This document shows positions 41,315 to 52,553 of a stretch of 64,000 bases of DNA, piece after piece. A program made the position numbers and the translations under genes. The stretch covers positions 7,866 through 71,865 of the forward strand of contig JAAYRR010000115.1 of assembly GCA_012518675.1 (NCBI GenBank), in the 5' to 3' direction. Position 1 is the first letter of the stretch. Each line of letters opens with the position of its first letter. This stretch comes from Bacillota bacterium (GTDB lineage Bacteria > Bacillota > Dethiobacteria > DTU022 > UBA8154). The notes beneath the pieces are model-generated. The model had not been told where the DNA came from, did not search any database, and saw only the letters and a list, made by a program, of their open reading frames with translations.

Positions 41315-42520
41315 GTGGCAGCGATGCAGGATTTTTATCAGGATTATACAGATACGCCGAAGCGGCCTTCTTTTTTTTGGCGGGGAATGATTGCCGGAGC
41401 CGTCGTTATGGGTTTGTTGCTGTTATTGTTTTTTTCACAATATGGTAAAGCATGGTGGCCGGCCGGGGAAGACAGCGAACGGCAGCCCCCTTTGCCTTGG
41501 GAAGAAAACAACGGCCCCCGCAACACCGCGCCCGGGGACGATGAACAGCTCAATATTTCGCCGGAAGCCCGGGATTATTATTTGGCTGTTGCCCGGGCTG
41601 CGGAGCGGGTTACCCCTTCGGTGGTGGGTATCGGCAACTATGGGCTGGTCTATGATCTGTGGGGGAGAAGCCAGTTGCAGGAAAGGGCCACCGGTTCAGG
41701 TGTAATCATCAGCAGTGAAGGTTACATTGTTACCAACTACCACGTTATTGAAAACGCCCGGGAACTGAGCGTTAGTTTTGGTTCCGGGGAAGAGCTGCCG
41801 GCAGAGGTGGTTGGCGCTGACCCCCCCACTGATTTGGCAGTGATTAAGGTTGACAAAAAGGGGCTCCCGGCAGCAGAATTTGCCGACTCTGATAACCTGA
41901 AGGTGGGGGAACCGGCGATCGCCATCGGTAACCCGCTGGGAATTGCTTTCCAGCAGTCCGTAACCAAGGGGGTTGTCAGTGCCCGTGAGCGTTCAATTAC
42001 CATTCAGGGGCAAAAATTTACTTTTATCCAGACCGATGCAGCGATTAATGACGGCAACAGCGGTGGGGCGCTGGTTAATATCAACGGCCGGGTGATCGGT
42101 ATTAACACAGCAAAAATTAAGATCTCCGGGGTGGAGGGCATGGGGTTTGCCATTCCCAGCAATACGGTCCGGCAGATTACAGCCGAACTGGTGAAAAAAG
42201 GGCGTGTTGAACGGCCCTGGCTGGGTGTCACCATTAAAACGCTGACTCCCCTGGAAGCCCAGCGCCTGCAGATTAATGTGGACTATGGTGTGCTGGTTGA
42301 TGAAGTGGTTGCCGGCAGTCCTGCTTTTCAGGCTGGAATTAGACCGCTGGATGTCATTGTCGCCCTGGAGGGGAAAAAAACCAGCGACAGTGCTGCCTTG
42401 CAGAATGCCCTTTACCAATTTAAGATCGGCCAAAAAATAAAGGTAACCGTTTTCAGGGAAAACAAAGAATTTGACCTGGAATTGACCTTGGAAAAGATGC
42501 CCGGGAACTTAGGCGAATAA
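41315..42520 (+). CDS. htrC: HtrA-like serine protease (S1C) with PDZ domain (YycK/HtrC-like)
   Basis: N-terminal TM; catalytic triad context (TNYHVI, D in DLAVIKV, GNSGGAL); C-terminal PDZ. Confidence 0.88.
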   Translation: MAAMQDFYQDYTDTPKRPSFFWRGMIAGAVVMGLLLLLFFSQYGKAWWPAGEDSERQPPLPWEENNGPRNTAPGDDEQLNISPEARDYYLAVARAAERVTPSVVGIGNYGLVYDLWGRSQLQERATGSGVIISSEGYIVTNYHVIENARELSVSFGSGEELPAEVVGADPPTDLAVIKVDKKGLPAAEFADSDNLKVGEPAIAIGNPLGIAFQQSVTKGVVSARERSITIQGQKFTFIQTDAAINDGNSGGALVNINGRVIGINTAKIKISGVEGMGFAIPSNTVRQITAELVKKGRVERPWLGVTIKTLTPLEAQRLQINVDYGVLVDEVVAGSPAFQAGIRPLDVIVALEGKKTSDSAALQNALYQFKIGQKIKVTVFRENKEFDLELTLEKMPGNLGE

Positions 42521-42703
42521 AATAACCAAGGGGTGGGGAAGGACCCTTTATTGCTTTGTTGTATGTTAAATGGGCAGCTATTTTCTTGGGGCCGTCCCGG
42601 CTGCAGGTTGGCGCCGGGCCTAAAAATTTAATTGGCGGGATGCAGTTGGCAGTCCCGGCAGTTGGGGTGGCTTTTTTGGTTAACGCCGGTTTTTTAAAGT
42701 GAG

Positions 42704-43189
42704 GTGCCGCAGATCAATATTTGTATTTTAGCTGTTGGCAAGATCAAAGAACATTTTTACCAGACGGGCATTGCACATTATTCGATCAGGGTTAAACCGT
42801 ACTGTAATTTAAAAATAACCGAACTGCCGGAAGCAAAATGGAAAAACAAGGGGCGGTTTTCGGTAAAAAATGCCCTGCAGGAAGAAGCTGCGGCCCTGGG
42901 CAGATATATCCGTGAAGATGCACATGTGGTGGCCCTTGCCGCCGAAGGCCGGCAAATGAATTCCGAGGATTTTGCCTTTTACCTGGAAAGGCTGCTTATT
43001 GCCGGACAGCCCAAAGTAGATTTTATAATCGGCGGCCCGTCAGGGTTGGATGAAGGGATCAAAAAAAAGGCAGACCTATGCCTCTCCCTTTCCAGCCTGA
43101 CCTTCCCCCACCGCATGGTCAGGTTAGTTCTTTTGGAGCAACTTTACCGCAGTTTTAAAATCATCAGGGGCGAACCGTACCATAAATAA
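42704..43189 (+). CDS. rlmH: 23S rRNA (pseudouridine1915-N3)-methyltransferase RlmH
   Basis: SPOUT-family YbeA motif (INICILAVGKIKEH...IIGGPSGLDE). Exact start codon uncertain. Confidence 0.85.
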   Translation: MPQINICILAVGKIKEHFYQTGIAHYSIRVKPYCNLKITELPEAKWKNKGRFSVKNALQEEAAALGRYIREDAHVVALAAEGRQMNSEDFAFYLERLLIAGQPKVDFIIGGPSGLDEGIKKKADLCLSLSSLTFPHRMVRLVLLEQLYRSFKIIRGEPYHK

Positions 43190-43435
43190 AGAAACCGGCT
43201 CTGCCTCTGTAAGGCAGGACCGGTACAATACAAGTATAGTCCCTGTAGGACTGCCGATCTGACGCCGTGTAAACCTTGGCTTGAAAAGGTCTAAGTATGT
43301 TTAACGCAGTTGTCCTGTAGTTTGTTCTGCCCAAAACGGCTGCAACGGCTGCAACAGAAAAATAATAGGTTTTTCTGCAGGGCGACGGTTACTTTAAGCC
43401 GCATATCAAAAGCTTATAATATTTTTATGGCTGGT

Positions 43436-44545
43436 TCAAAGTTCAGTTTCCCGGCGTTCTATGCTGATGTTGCGGCGGGCCAGCTCTTGTATAAATTCTG
43501 CAGGGTTAACTGCATCCGGCGCTTCGGGGGCGAAAACACCGAAGCGTTTTATTTTTCCCCGGGCCAACATGCTGGCGCCGATACTTAAAGGAATCCCGGT
43601 CAACCTGCGCATCCGATCTGCTGCGGTATAAGAAATCCGGATTTTGTGGCCGCTGCGCCTGCCGGTGATATCCACCCTGATGCCGGAAAGGTTGCGGCCC
43701 GGAGCCGCAGGGAAAAGCGGCAGCATCCTTTTCATAAGCAGGCCCAACCTTTGCCTGCGGGAGGCTGTGGCGGTTAGGCCCAGGGCCACGCAAATTTTGG
43801 CCAGGCTGTGCAGGTAGTTTTCAGCCAGGCCTCCTTTGAGGGTTATTTCCTTAACGCCGGGCAGGTAGCGCGGCAGGGTAACCGGTTCCGGGTGGCCCAG
43901 GTGAAAAACGGTTATCTTGCCCAGCGGTGCCGGGAAGGTGACGGTTTCCTTCCCTGAACCGGCCTGCACCATGACAGACCGGCCCTCCTGGAAGGAGGTT
44001 GCCTCACCGGTAAATATATGCAAGGTATGCAGGATTACAGCAAGGCCTGTGGAGTCGCCGGCACTGCCGCTCCAGTATACCTGTATCTTTTCGACGTTGT
44101 CCAGTTCGTTATAACCCTTGCGGGCCAGCAGGTTGGTGATGCCGGGTGTCCAGCCCAAGCCGGTCAAAATTTTGCGTCCCTTTGCGGTCGCCAGTTGATC
44201 CAGTGCCAGCACGGCTTCTGCGGCGTCATGATCATCGCAGATGCTTACATAGTCTACCCCGGCGGTTAAGGCGGCTTCAACAAGCGGTTTTTCAAAATGG
44301 TAAAACGGTCCCAGGGCGCCGGCTGCAACATCATGTCCCTGCATGACCCTGACCAGAGCAGCCGGTGATGTTGCCTCCACTTTTTGCACAACAGCACGCC
44401 GATCGCCGAGTGTGGCGACCAACTTTTCTGCGGCGGCGGTGTTCCGGGCAGCGACGGTAACCTGCTGCACTGCTGTGTTTTGGAGCAGATCCCGGACAGC
44501 TGCTGCACCCATGTCACCGGTCCCCCCCAGGACGACAATTTTCAT
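43436..44545 (-). CDS. Saccharopine dehydrogenase-like NAD(P)-binding protein
   Basis: N-terminal Rossmann MKIVVLGGTGDMGAAAVRDLL; Sacchrp_dh family layout. SD AGGAGAGG 8 nt upstream. Confidence 0.75.
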   Translation of the reverse strand: MKIVVLGGTGDMGAAAVRDLLQNTAVQQVTVAARNTAAAEKLVATLGDRRAVVQKVEATSPAALVRVMQGHDVAAGALGPFYHFEKPLVEAALTAGVDYVSICDDHDAAEAVLALDQLATAKGRKILTGLGWTPGITNLLARKGYNELDNVEKIQVYWSGSAGDSTGLAVILHTLHIFTGEATSFQEGRSVMVQAGSGKETVTFPAPLGKITVFHLGHPEPVTLPRYLPGVKEITLKGGLAENYLHSLAKICVALGLTATASRRQRLGLLMKRMLPLFPAAPGRNLSGIRVDITGRRSGHKIRISYTAADRMRRLTGIPLSIGASMLARGKIKRFGVFAPEAPDAVNPAEFIQELARRNISIERRETEL

Positions 44546-44832
44546 TTTATGACCTCTCCTTCAGGATACAAATGAAATAATTTCAGGCACTACCCTGTAA
44601 AATATTCGCAACTGGCACAAATATTCCCTGCTCCGGCGTCATTTTTACCTGCAATGAAGTTAAAAAGGGGGCCCGGCAGTTGCCACCCGGCAGGAAAGGT
44701 TTTAATTCCAGGATCAGGGGAAAAATATCTTAGAGTGGCCAGGATTGTTTGCCCGAAAAATGACGGCAGCGGTTGCATTATTTCACCCGTTTGCTAAAAT
44801 ATGATATTATAGGATTAAAAAGGGGCAAAGAT

Positions 44833-46344
44833 ATGAAGATCCTTTTGGTTTACCCAAAATACTCGGAAAGCTTTTGGAGTTTTAAGCATGCCTTAAAGTT
44901 TATTGGCCTTCGGGCTGCCCTGCCGCCCTTGGGGTTATTGAGTATTGCAGCATTGCTCCCGGAGGAATGGGATAAGAAGCTGGTGGATATGAACGTGCGC
45001 AAATTAAAGGACGCCGACTTGAAACGGGCGGACTATGTAATGATCAGCGCGATGTCTATCCAGCAACAGTCTGTGCGGGAGGTGATCGCCCGTTGTCAGG
45101 CCCTGGGGGTGAAGACTGTGGCCGGGGGTCCCCTTTTTACCGCGGAACCGGAAAAATTTGATGATGTAGATCACCTGATTCTCGACGAAGGGGAACTGAC
45201 CCTGCCTCTCTTTCTGCAAGATTTGGCAGAAGGCCGCCCTGCACATCTTTACACTACGCCTGAAAAACCTTCTTTGACACAAACACCGATCCCTCTTTGG
45301 GAATTAATCAACCTGTGGGATTATGCGACCATGAGTGTACAGTTTTCCCGCGGCTGTCCTTATGACTGTGAATTTTGTGATATTACCGCCCTATTCGGGC
45401 GCAAACCGCGGTTAAAAACCGCTGCCCAGGTTATTCAGGAACTGGAGGCGCTTTACAATCACGGCTGGAGGGGTGCCATCTTTATTGTTGACGATAACTT
45501 TATCGGCAACAAGGCCTATTTAAAAAAGGAAATTCTGCCCGCCATGATCAGTTGGATGCAGAAACATAAAAATCCCTTTTGGTATATTACAGAGGCTTCG
45601 GTTAATATGGCCGATGATGAAGAACTGATGCTGCTTATGCAGCAGGCAGGTTTCATTTCTGTTTTTGTCGGCATTGAAACCCCCAGTGAAGAAAGCTTAA
45701 AGGAATGTAACAAGTATCATAATGTAAACCGGGATCTGATTGCCAGTGTCAAAAAGATCCAAAATTTTGGGATGCAGGTTACCGGCGGGTTTATTGTTGG
45801 TTTTGACAGTGATACACCTTCTATTTTTGAAAGACAGATTAATTTTATCCAGAAGAGCGGGATCGTTACGGCCATGGTAGGGCTCTTGCAAGCCCCGGTA
45901 GGCACCAAACTTTTCCAACGCCTTAAAAAGGAAAAACGCCTGCTGCCGGATCGTGATTTTAGCGGAAACAATACAGAGCTGGCCCTGAACTTTATCCCCA
46001 AGATGAATGTTCAAAAGCTGACAGAGGGCTACCAGAAAATTGTAACCACCATCTACGAACCCCAACACTACTATGCCCGCGTACAGGAGTTTTTTAAAGA
46101 ATTTAAGCCTGTTTACAAACGCAGCCTTTCTTCGCTCCGCCTTTGTTACGCCAAGGCACTTTTTCATTCCTTGTTTACCCTGGGGTTTAAAGAAAAGGGG
46201 CGCCGCTACTACTGGAAACATCTTTTTCAGACCCTGGTTAAATACCCGCGTTTTCTGCCGGAGGCGGTTACCTTTGCCATTTACGGGCACCATTTTCGCA
46301 AGTTTTTTCATATTAACCGTCCTTTACTACAAAATAAACACTAG
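44833..46344 (+). CDS. B12-binding radical SAM protein with C-terminal DUF4070-like region
   Basis: N-terminal cobalamin-binding Rossmann segment (MKILLVYPKY...MISAMS) and radical SAM CxxxCxxC (CPYDCEFC). ATG after AAAGGGG. Confidence 0.8.
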   Translation: MKILLVYPKYSESFWSFKHALKFIGLRAALPPLGLLSIAALLPEEWDKKLVDMNVRKLKDADLKRADYVMISAMSIQQQSVREVIARCQALGVKTVAGGPLFTAEPEKFDDVDHLILDEGELTLPLFLQDLAEGRPAHLYTTPEKPSLTQTPIPLWELINLWDYATMSVQFSRGCPYDCEFCDITALFGRKPRLKTAAQVIQELEALYNHGWRGAIFIVDDNFIGNKAYLKKEILPAMISWMQKHKNPFWYITEASVNMADDEELMLLMQQAGFISVFVGIETPSEESLKECNKYHNVNRDLIASVKKIQNFGMQVTGGFIVGFDSDTPSIFERQINFIQKSGIVTAMVGLLQAPVGTKLFQRLKKEKRLLPDRDFSGNNTELALNFIPKMNVQKLTEGYQKIVTTIYEPQHYYARVQEFFKEFKPVYKRSLSSLRLCYAKALFHSLFTLGFKEKGRRYYWKHLFQTLVKYPRFLPEAVTFAIYGHHFRKFFHINRPLLQNKH

Positions 46345-46480
46345 ATAAAACAGGGGTTATTCCTTTCCTTTGAATCCTATACTTGGGAATCTGTAACCCA
46401 TTTTAACTGTAGAAAGGAGGCAGTCTTTTTCTGTAGCAGCAGGCAAAACTTTTACGCTGTTTACGGGACAAGGCGAAATT

Positions 46481-47098
46481 TTGCTTTTAGAAAGAATGGC
46501 GGTGGGCCCTTTTGCTACAAATTGCTATCTGGTGGCTTGTCCGGAAACAAAAGAAGCAATAATAATTGATCCGGGAGCCGCTGGGGAACGAATTATTTTG
46601 CGGGTGCAAGAATTGAAGTTAAAGGTTAGATATGTGGTGAATACCCATGCCCATATTGACCATATCGGTGCCAATGAAGAGGTCAGAAGGGCCTTTCAGG
46701 TGCCGTTGCTGGCCCACAAGGCAGATCTGCAAAGGTACCACAGCCCCCAGGCCGGTATAGCCCTGTTCATGGAAAAAGTGGAGGTTGAACCGCCGGACGA
46801 TTTTATCCAGGAGGGGGACAGTTTACAGGTGGGCACCCTGCAGGTAAAGGTGTTGGATACGCCCGGGCATTCCCCCGGGGGAATCACCCTCGATATTAAC
46901 GGTGTCCTTTTTGCAGGGGACACCCTTTTTGCAGGTTCAATCGGCCGGACAGACTTCCCCGGGGGGTCTTTCCCGCAACTGATACAAAGTATTAAGGACA
47001 AAATTTTGTCTTATCCTGACGATACCAAAGTTTACCCCGGTCATGGACCGCCGACTACGGTAGGCGATGAACGGCGTTATAACCCCTTTTTAACATGA
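46481..47098 (+). CDS. MBL-fold metallo-hydrolase (glyoxalase II-like)
   Basis: THAHIDHIG motif, D in GDTLF, H in GHGP. Confidence 0.85.
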   Translation: MLLERMAVGPFATNCYLVACPETKEAIIIDPGAAGERIILRVQELKLKVRYVVNTHAHIDHIGANEEVRRAFQVPLLAHKADLQRYHSPQAGIALFMEKVEVEPPDDFIQEGDSLQVGTLQVKVLDTPGHSPGGITLDINGVLFAGDTLFAGSIGRTDFPGGSFPQLIQSIKDKILSYPDDTKVYPGHGPPTTVGDERRYNPFLT

Positions 47099-47237
47099 TC
47101 AACTTTCAATTAAGTTTTTAGCTGTCCGCTGCCCCAAAAATCTTTTTGCTGAATACCGGCAGTTTTTCCAAGGAAATGGTTTCTTTAAATATAATACCTC
47201 CCGCACGGCAAATTCTGTTTCTTTTTAGATCCCATTT

Positions 47238-47246
47238 TGGTATAAT
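47238..47246 (+). promoter_or_regulatory. Extended -10 promoter element (TGgTATAAT) for the pdaD-speE-speB operon
   Basis: TGGTATAAT lies 40 nt upstream of the pdaD ATG. Confidence 0.45.
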
Positions 47247-47288
47247 TGCAGCAGTGTATTTCAGGCAGAAGAAAGGGGTGACCCAGCG

Positions 47289-47747
47289 ATGCTGATAAAA
47301 CCGGAAAGATTCGTTATTAATGCCGCGGCAGCCGCAGCCAACCATGCCCTGACAGCTTTTGATGCCGCACTTTTAAAGGCCGGCCTGGGGAACGTTAATT
47401 TAGTCAGGTTGAGCAGTATTCTTCCCCCCGGGTGCAAGGAAGCTGCAAACGGCATTGAATTTCCGCCCGGCTCCTTTGTGCCGACCGCATATGGGGCCGT
47501 GTTGAGTGAAAAAAAAGGGGAATTGATCGCCGCTGCAGTGGGTATTGGTTTTTCTGCAGACAGTTTTGGTGTTATAATGGAACATGCCGGCAACTGCAGT
47601 GCAGAAAAGGCCCGGGCCAAGGTAGAGGCCATGCTAAAAGAAGCGTTTTCCAACCGCGGCCTGGAATTGAAGGGTATGCTGGTAAAAAGTGCCGCACACC
47701 GGGTGGAAAAAGCCGGTGCAGTTCTTGCTGCAGTGTCACTCTGGTAA
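47289..47747 (+). CDS. pdaD: Pyruvoyl-dependent arginine decarboxylase
   Basis: 152 aa; PvlArgDC family with a self-cleavage Ser-Ser site (VRLSSILPP). Confidence 0.88.
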   Translation: MLIKPERFVINAAAAAANHALTAFDAALLKAGLGNVNLVRLSSILPPGCKEAANGIEFPPGSFVPTAYGAVLSEKKGELIAAAVGIGFSADSFGVIMEHAGNCSAEKARAKVEAMLKEAFSNRGLELKGMLVKSAAHRVEKAGAVLAAVSLW

Positions 47748-47786
47748 GGGAAAAATATGATTAGACCGGTGGAGGCTGATAGCACC

Positions 47787-48614
47787 ATGGAACTGTGGTA
47801 TACAGAAAAGCAGACCCCTGCTTTGGGGTTTTCCTGTAAAGTTAAAGAAACTTTATACCGGGCCCAAACGGACTACCAGGAAATTGCCGTCCTGGACACC
47901 TTTCAGTTTGGAAGGATGCTGGTGCTCGACGGCATGGTACAGACCACGGTGGCAGATGAATTTATTTACCATGAAATGATTGTTCATATTCCCTTACGGA
48001 CCCATCCCCAGCCCCGTTCTGTCCTGGTGATCGGCGGCGGGGACGGCGGCGCAGTGCGTGAAATAAGCAAGTACCCCCAGGTGGAAAGGATAACTTTGGC
48101 AGAAATTGATCTGCAGGTTGTAGAGGCAGCCAAACGGTTTCTGCCGGAAATCAGCTCTGCACTGGAAGATTTCCGCCTGGAAATTAAAATTGTGGATGGT
48201 ATTGAATATATCCGTTCCCTGCAGGCGGCTTATGATATTATAATAGTGGATTCCACAGAACCGGTGGGGCCGGCAGTAGGTCTTTTTGCTTCCTCTTTTT
48301 ATGAAGCGGTTTATAGGGCTTTGAAACCGGAGGGTATTATTGTGGCCCAAACTGAATCGCCTTTTTTAAACGCTGCACTGATTCGCACTGTATTTCGCCG
48401 GCTAAAAGCAATTTTTCCCCAAACCAGCCTTTATCTGGCCCCTGTACCGACCTATCCCAGCGGGCTTTGGAGTTTTTCCCTGGGTTCCAAGTGTTATGAT
48501 CCCCTGCAACCTCAGGGAAAACTTTTGCCGCGGGATACCAGGTATTATACACCCCAGGTACACCGCAGTGCTTTCTCCTTACCCCGTTTTGTGCAGGAAC
48601 TGCTGGAGGAATGA
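47787..48614 (+). CDS. speE: Spermidine synthase (aminopropyltransferase)
   Basis: MELWYTE...VLVIGGGDGGAVREI...DSTEP motifs. Confidence 0.92.
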   Translation: MELWYTEKQTPALGFSCKVKETLYRAQTDYQEIAVLDTFQFGRMLVLDGMVQTTVADEFIYHEMIVHIPLRTHPQPRSVLVIGGGDGGAVREISKYPQVERITLAEIDLQVVEAAKRFLPEISSALEDFRLEIKIVDGIEYIRSLQAAYDIIIVDSTEPVGPAVGLFASSFYEAVYRALKPEGIIVAQTESPFLNAALIRTVFRRLKAIFPQTSLYLAPVPTYPSGLWSFSLGSKCYDPLQPQGKLLPRDTRYYTPQVHRSAFSLPRFVQELLEE

Positions 48615-48679
48615 GTGGTTTTTTCTGCAATTCAGATCTATAATGAAATTATGTTTAGGCAGAAGGGGCGGATGAGAAG

Positions 48680-49546
48680 TTGGGTTTTGACGCAGGCCCC
48701 CCGACCACCAGGCCGGGTGTTTTTCTGGCAACTGGTCGCAGGGAAAAGGCTGCCGGGGTAATTCTGGGGGCCCCTTTGGATGATACCAGCTCATTCCGGC
48801 CGGGCAGCCGGTTTGCTCCGCAGGCCGTACGTGCAGCCTCCCACGCCCTGGAGGAATACAGTGTTTACTGTCAAAGGGATCTGCGGGATCTCCCTTTTTT
48901 TGACGCCGGGGATCTTGTGTTACCGCCTGGAGATACATTCGCATCGCTGGCAACCATCGCTGACAGCGTGGCCTTTTTTTTAAAGCGGGGGCAAAAACCT
49001 TTTCTTATCGGCGGGGAACATACCCTCAGCTTTGGTGCTGTAAAGGGCTGCCTGCAGGTTTACCCTGAAATTACCGTAATCTACATTGATGCTCATGCCG
49101 ACAGGCGCCCTGCCTACCAGGGCGTTGCTTATTCCCATGCTTCTGCAGCCTACCTTTTGCAGCAGTTGGCAGGGGTAACCCTTTATCAATTTGGGGTGCG
49201 TTCAGCCGATCGGGAAGAAATGCCGGCCTTGCAGGCGGGCAACGTCTCGTTTTTTTCGCTGGCGGCACCTTTGGAGCGAACCCTGCCTTCTTTAAAGGGC
49301 CGGGACTTATATATTACCCTGGATATTGATGTGGTCGATCCGGCCTTTGCCCCGGGGGTAACCGCACCGGAACCCGGGGGAATTACCCCGGGAGAATTGA
49401 TAGAAATCTTCACCTTTCTGGAAGGCTTTAAGGACCGGGTGATTGCTTTCGACCTGGTTGAAATCTGCCCCCCTTACGATCAAGCTCAGATTACCGCCCT
49501 CTTGGGGGCCAAAATTATGCGTGAGGCGCTGCTAACCCTGCTTTAA
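48680..49546 (+). CDS. speB: Agmatinase (ureohydrolase family)
   Basis: GGEHTLSF, DAHADRR and DIDVVDPAFAPG manganese-binding motifs. Confidence 0.9.
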   Translation: MGFDAGPPTTRPGVFLATGRREKAAGVILGAPLDDTSSFRPGSRFAPQAVRAASHALEEYSVYCQRDLRDLPFFDAGDLVLPPGDTFASLATIADSVAFFLKRGQKPFLIGGEHTLSFGAVKGCLQVYPEITVIYIDAHADRRPAYQGVAYSHASAAYLLQQLAGVTLYQFGVRSADREEMPALQAGNVSFFSLAAPLERTLPSLKGRDLYITLDIDVVDPAFAPGVTAPEPGGITPGELIEIFTFLEGFKDRVIAFDLVEICPPYDQAQITALLGAKIMREALLTLL

Positions 49547-51217
<1,671 letters not shown>

Positions 51218-51441
51218 GTTTAAGATGTCCCGGATGGGGGATATTTATTGAAGAAGGTGTTTTCATTTATAGTTCGTTTTTAAGCAATAAGCAGGAATGA
51301 ATTTACAAAGGTAGAAATAGTATTTAATATCAAAACGTATAAAACGGTGTATTCCCCTGTGGTGCCGCTGTCCCTTCGGGGGCAAAGCACCCTTGCCTGC
51401 CGGTTATCTGCACAGTCCTAAGCCGGTCTAAAAAACTTTCA

Positions 51442-51471
51442 TTGATGTGCCTCTTTTGCCTGCATTATACT
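51442..51471 (+). promoter_or_regulatory. Candidate sigma-A promoter in the pyrG-sppA spacer
   Basis: TTGATG, then 18 nt, then TATACT; downstream leader contains a short hairpin plus T6 (51562-51580). Confidence 0.4.
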
Positions 51472-51650
51472 GGATCGCAGGGTAAGGGGGCCGCTCACCT
51501 GCTCCTATAACTTTTTTACAACCATTTAATGACGTACCAGGTATTGATAGACAGTTTTTTTACGCCGGTGGCGTTTTTTCCTGGTTGGAAAACACTTTGC
51601 TTATAAAAAATCCAAAAGGGGGGCTTTTTATCCGCCGGGAACATATTTTT

Positions 51651-52538
51651 ATGGCTGTCGTTTTTGTGGTCCTCTTGTTTGCTGTTTTTATGGGGATCCG
51701 GGAGATTTTTTCTCCCTTTTCTTCAGGGAAACGCCGTTTAGTTCCTACTGCTGAAAATACAATTGGTTTAATCACTGTGGAGGGCACAATTGCTGCCGGG
51801 GGAGGGGGACTGTTTTCTGGTGAAGGCGGGGGAGACCAGCTGCTGGAAAATATCCGCCGTGCCGGGGATGACCCCATCAAGGCCCTGGTTGTACGCATCA
51901 ACAGCCCCGGGGGGTCGGCAGCCGCCTCGCAGGAGATTTATGCTGAACTTAAAAAAATCCGGGAAAAGGGCAAAATTGTCGTTGTTTCCATGGCGGATAT
52001 GGCTGCTTCAGGGGGATACCTGATCGCCTGTGCAGCCGACTATATAGTAGCCAACCCGGCCACCGTTACAGGCAGCATTGGTGTTATTATCGACGCTACT
52101 AATACACAGGGTCTTTATGATCTTCTGGGCATTGAATACGAAGTGATTAAAAGCGGTGAATTTAAAGATACCTTGCACCCGGCCCGCCCCCTTACAGATG
52201 CAGAAAAAGAACTGCTGGCAGTGATAGTTGGTGATATTTATGACCAATTTGTGGACACAGTGGTAGAAGGGCGGGGCCTGGGCCGCGCAAAGGTGCTCAC
52301 CTATGCCGACGGGCGCGTTCTAACCGGGCGACAGGCCTTGGAAATAGGTTTGGTGGACGAATTGGGTAATCTTTATGATGCTTTGGATATTGCTGCAGAA
52401 AAGGCGGATATCAAGGGAAAACCGCAGGTTCACCGTTACGGCAGCCAAAACCTTTGGAACATGTTATTTTCAGGTTCACAGCTGAATTTTGAACCTTTTT
52501 CTTTTATTTTAGGGGAACGAAATTTGTTGCTGCAGTAG
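51651..52538 (+). CDS. sppA: Signal peptide peptidase SppA (S49, 36K type)
   Basis: N-terminal TM; catalytic Ser in MAASGGY; Lys region; start taken at MAVVFVVLL. Confidence 0.88.
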   Translation: MAVVFVVLLFAVFMGIREIFSPFSSGKRRLVPTAENTIGLITVEGTIAAGGGGLFSGEGGGDQLLENIRRAGDDPIKALVVRINSPGGSAAASQEIYAELKKIREKGKIVVVSMADMAASGGYLIACAADYIVANPATVTGSIGVIIDATNTQGLYDLLGIEYEVIKSGEFKDTLHPARPLTDAEKELLAVIVGDIYDQFVDTVVEGRGLGRAKVLTYADGRVLTGRQALEIGLVDELGNLYDALDIAAEKADIKGKPQVHRYGSQNLWNMLFSGSQLNFEPFSFILGERNLLLQ

Positions 52539-52553
52539 ATAGGAGGGGGAGCT

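Noticed and set aside
43310-43588. 92-aa plus-strand ORF at the 3' end of the SDH-like gene
   Set aside because: Antisense overlap with a well-supported gene, and no motifs.
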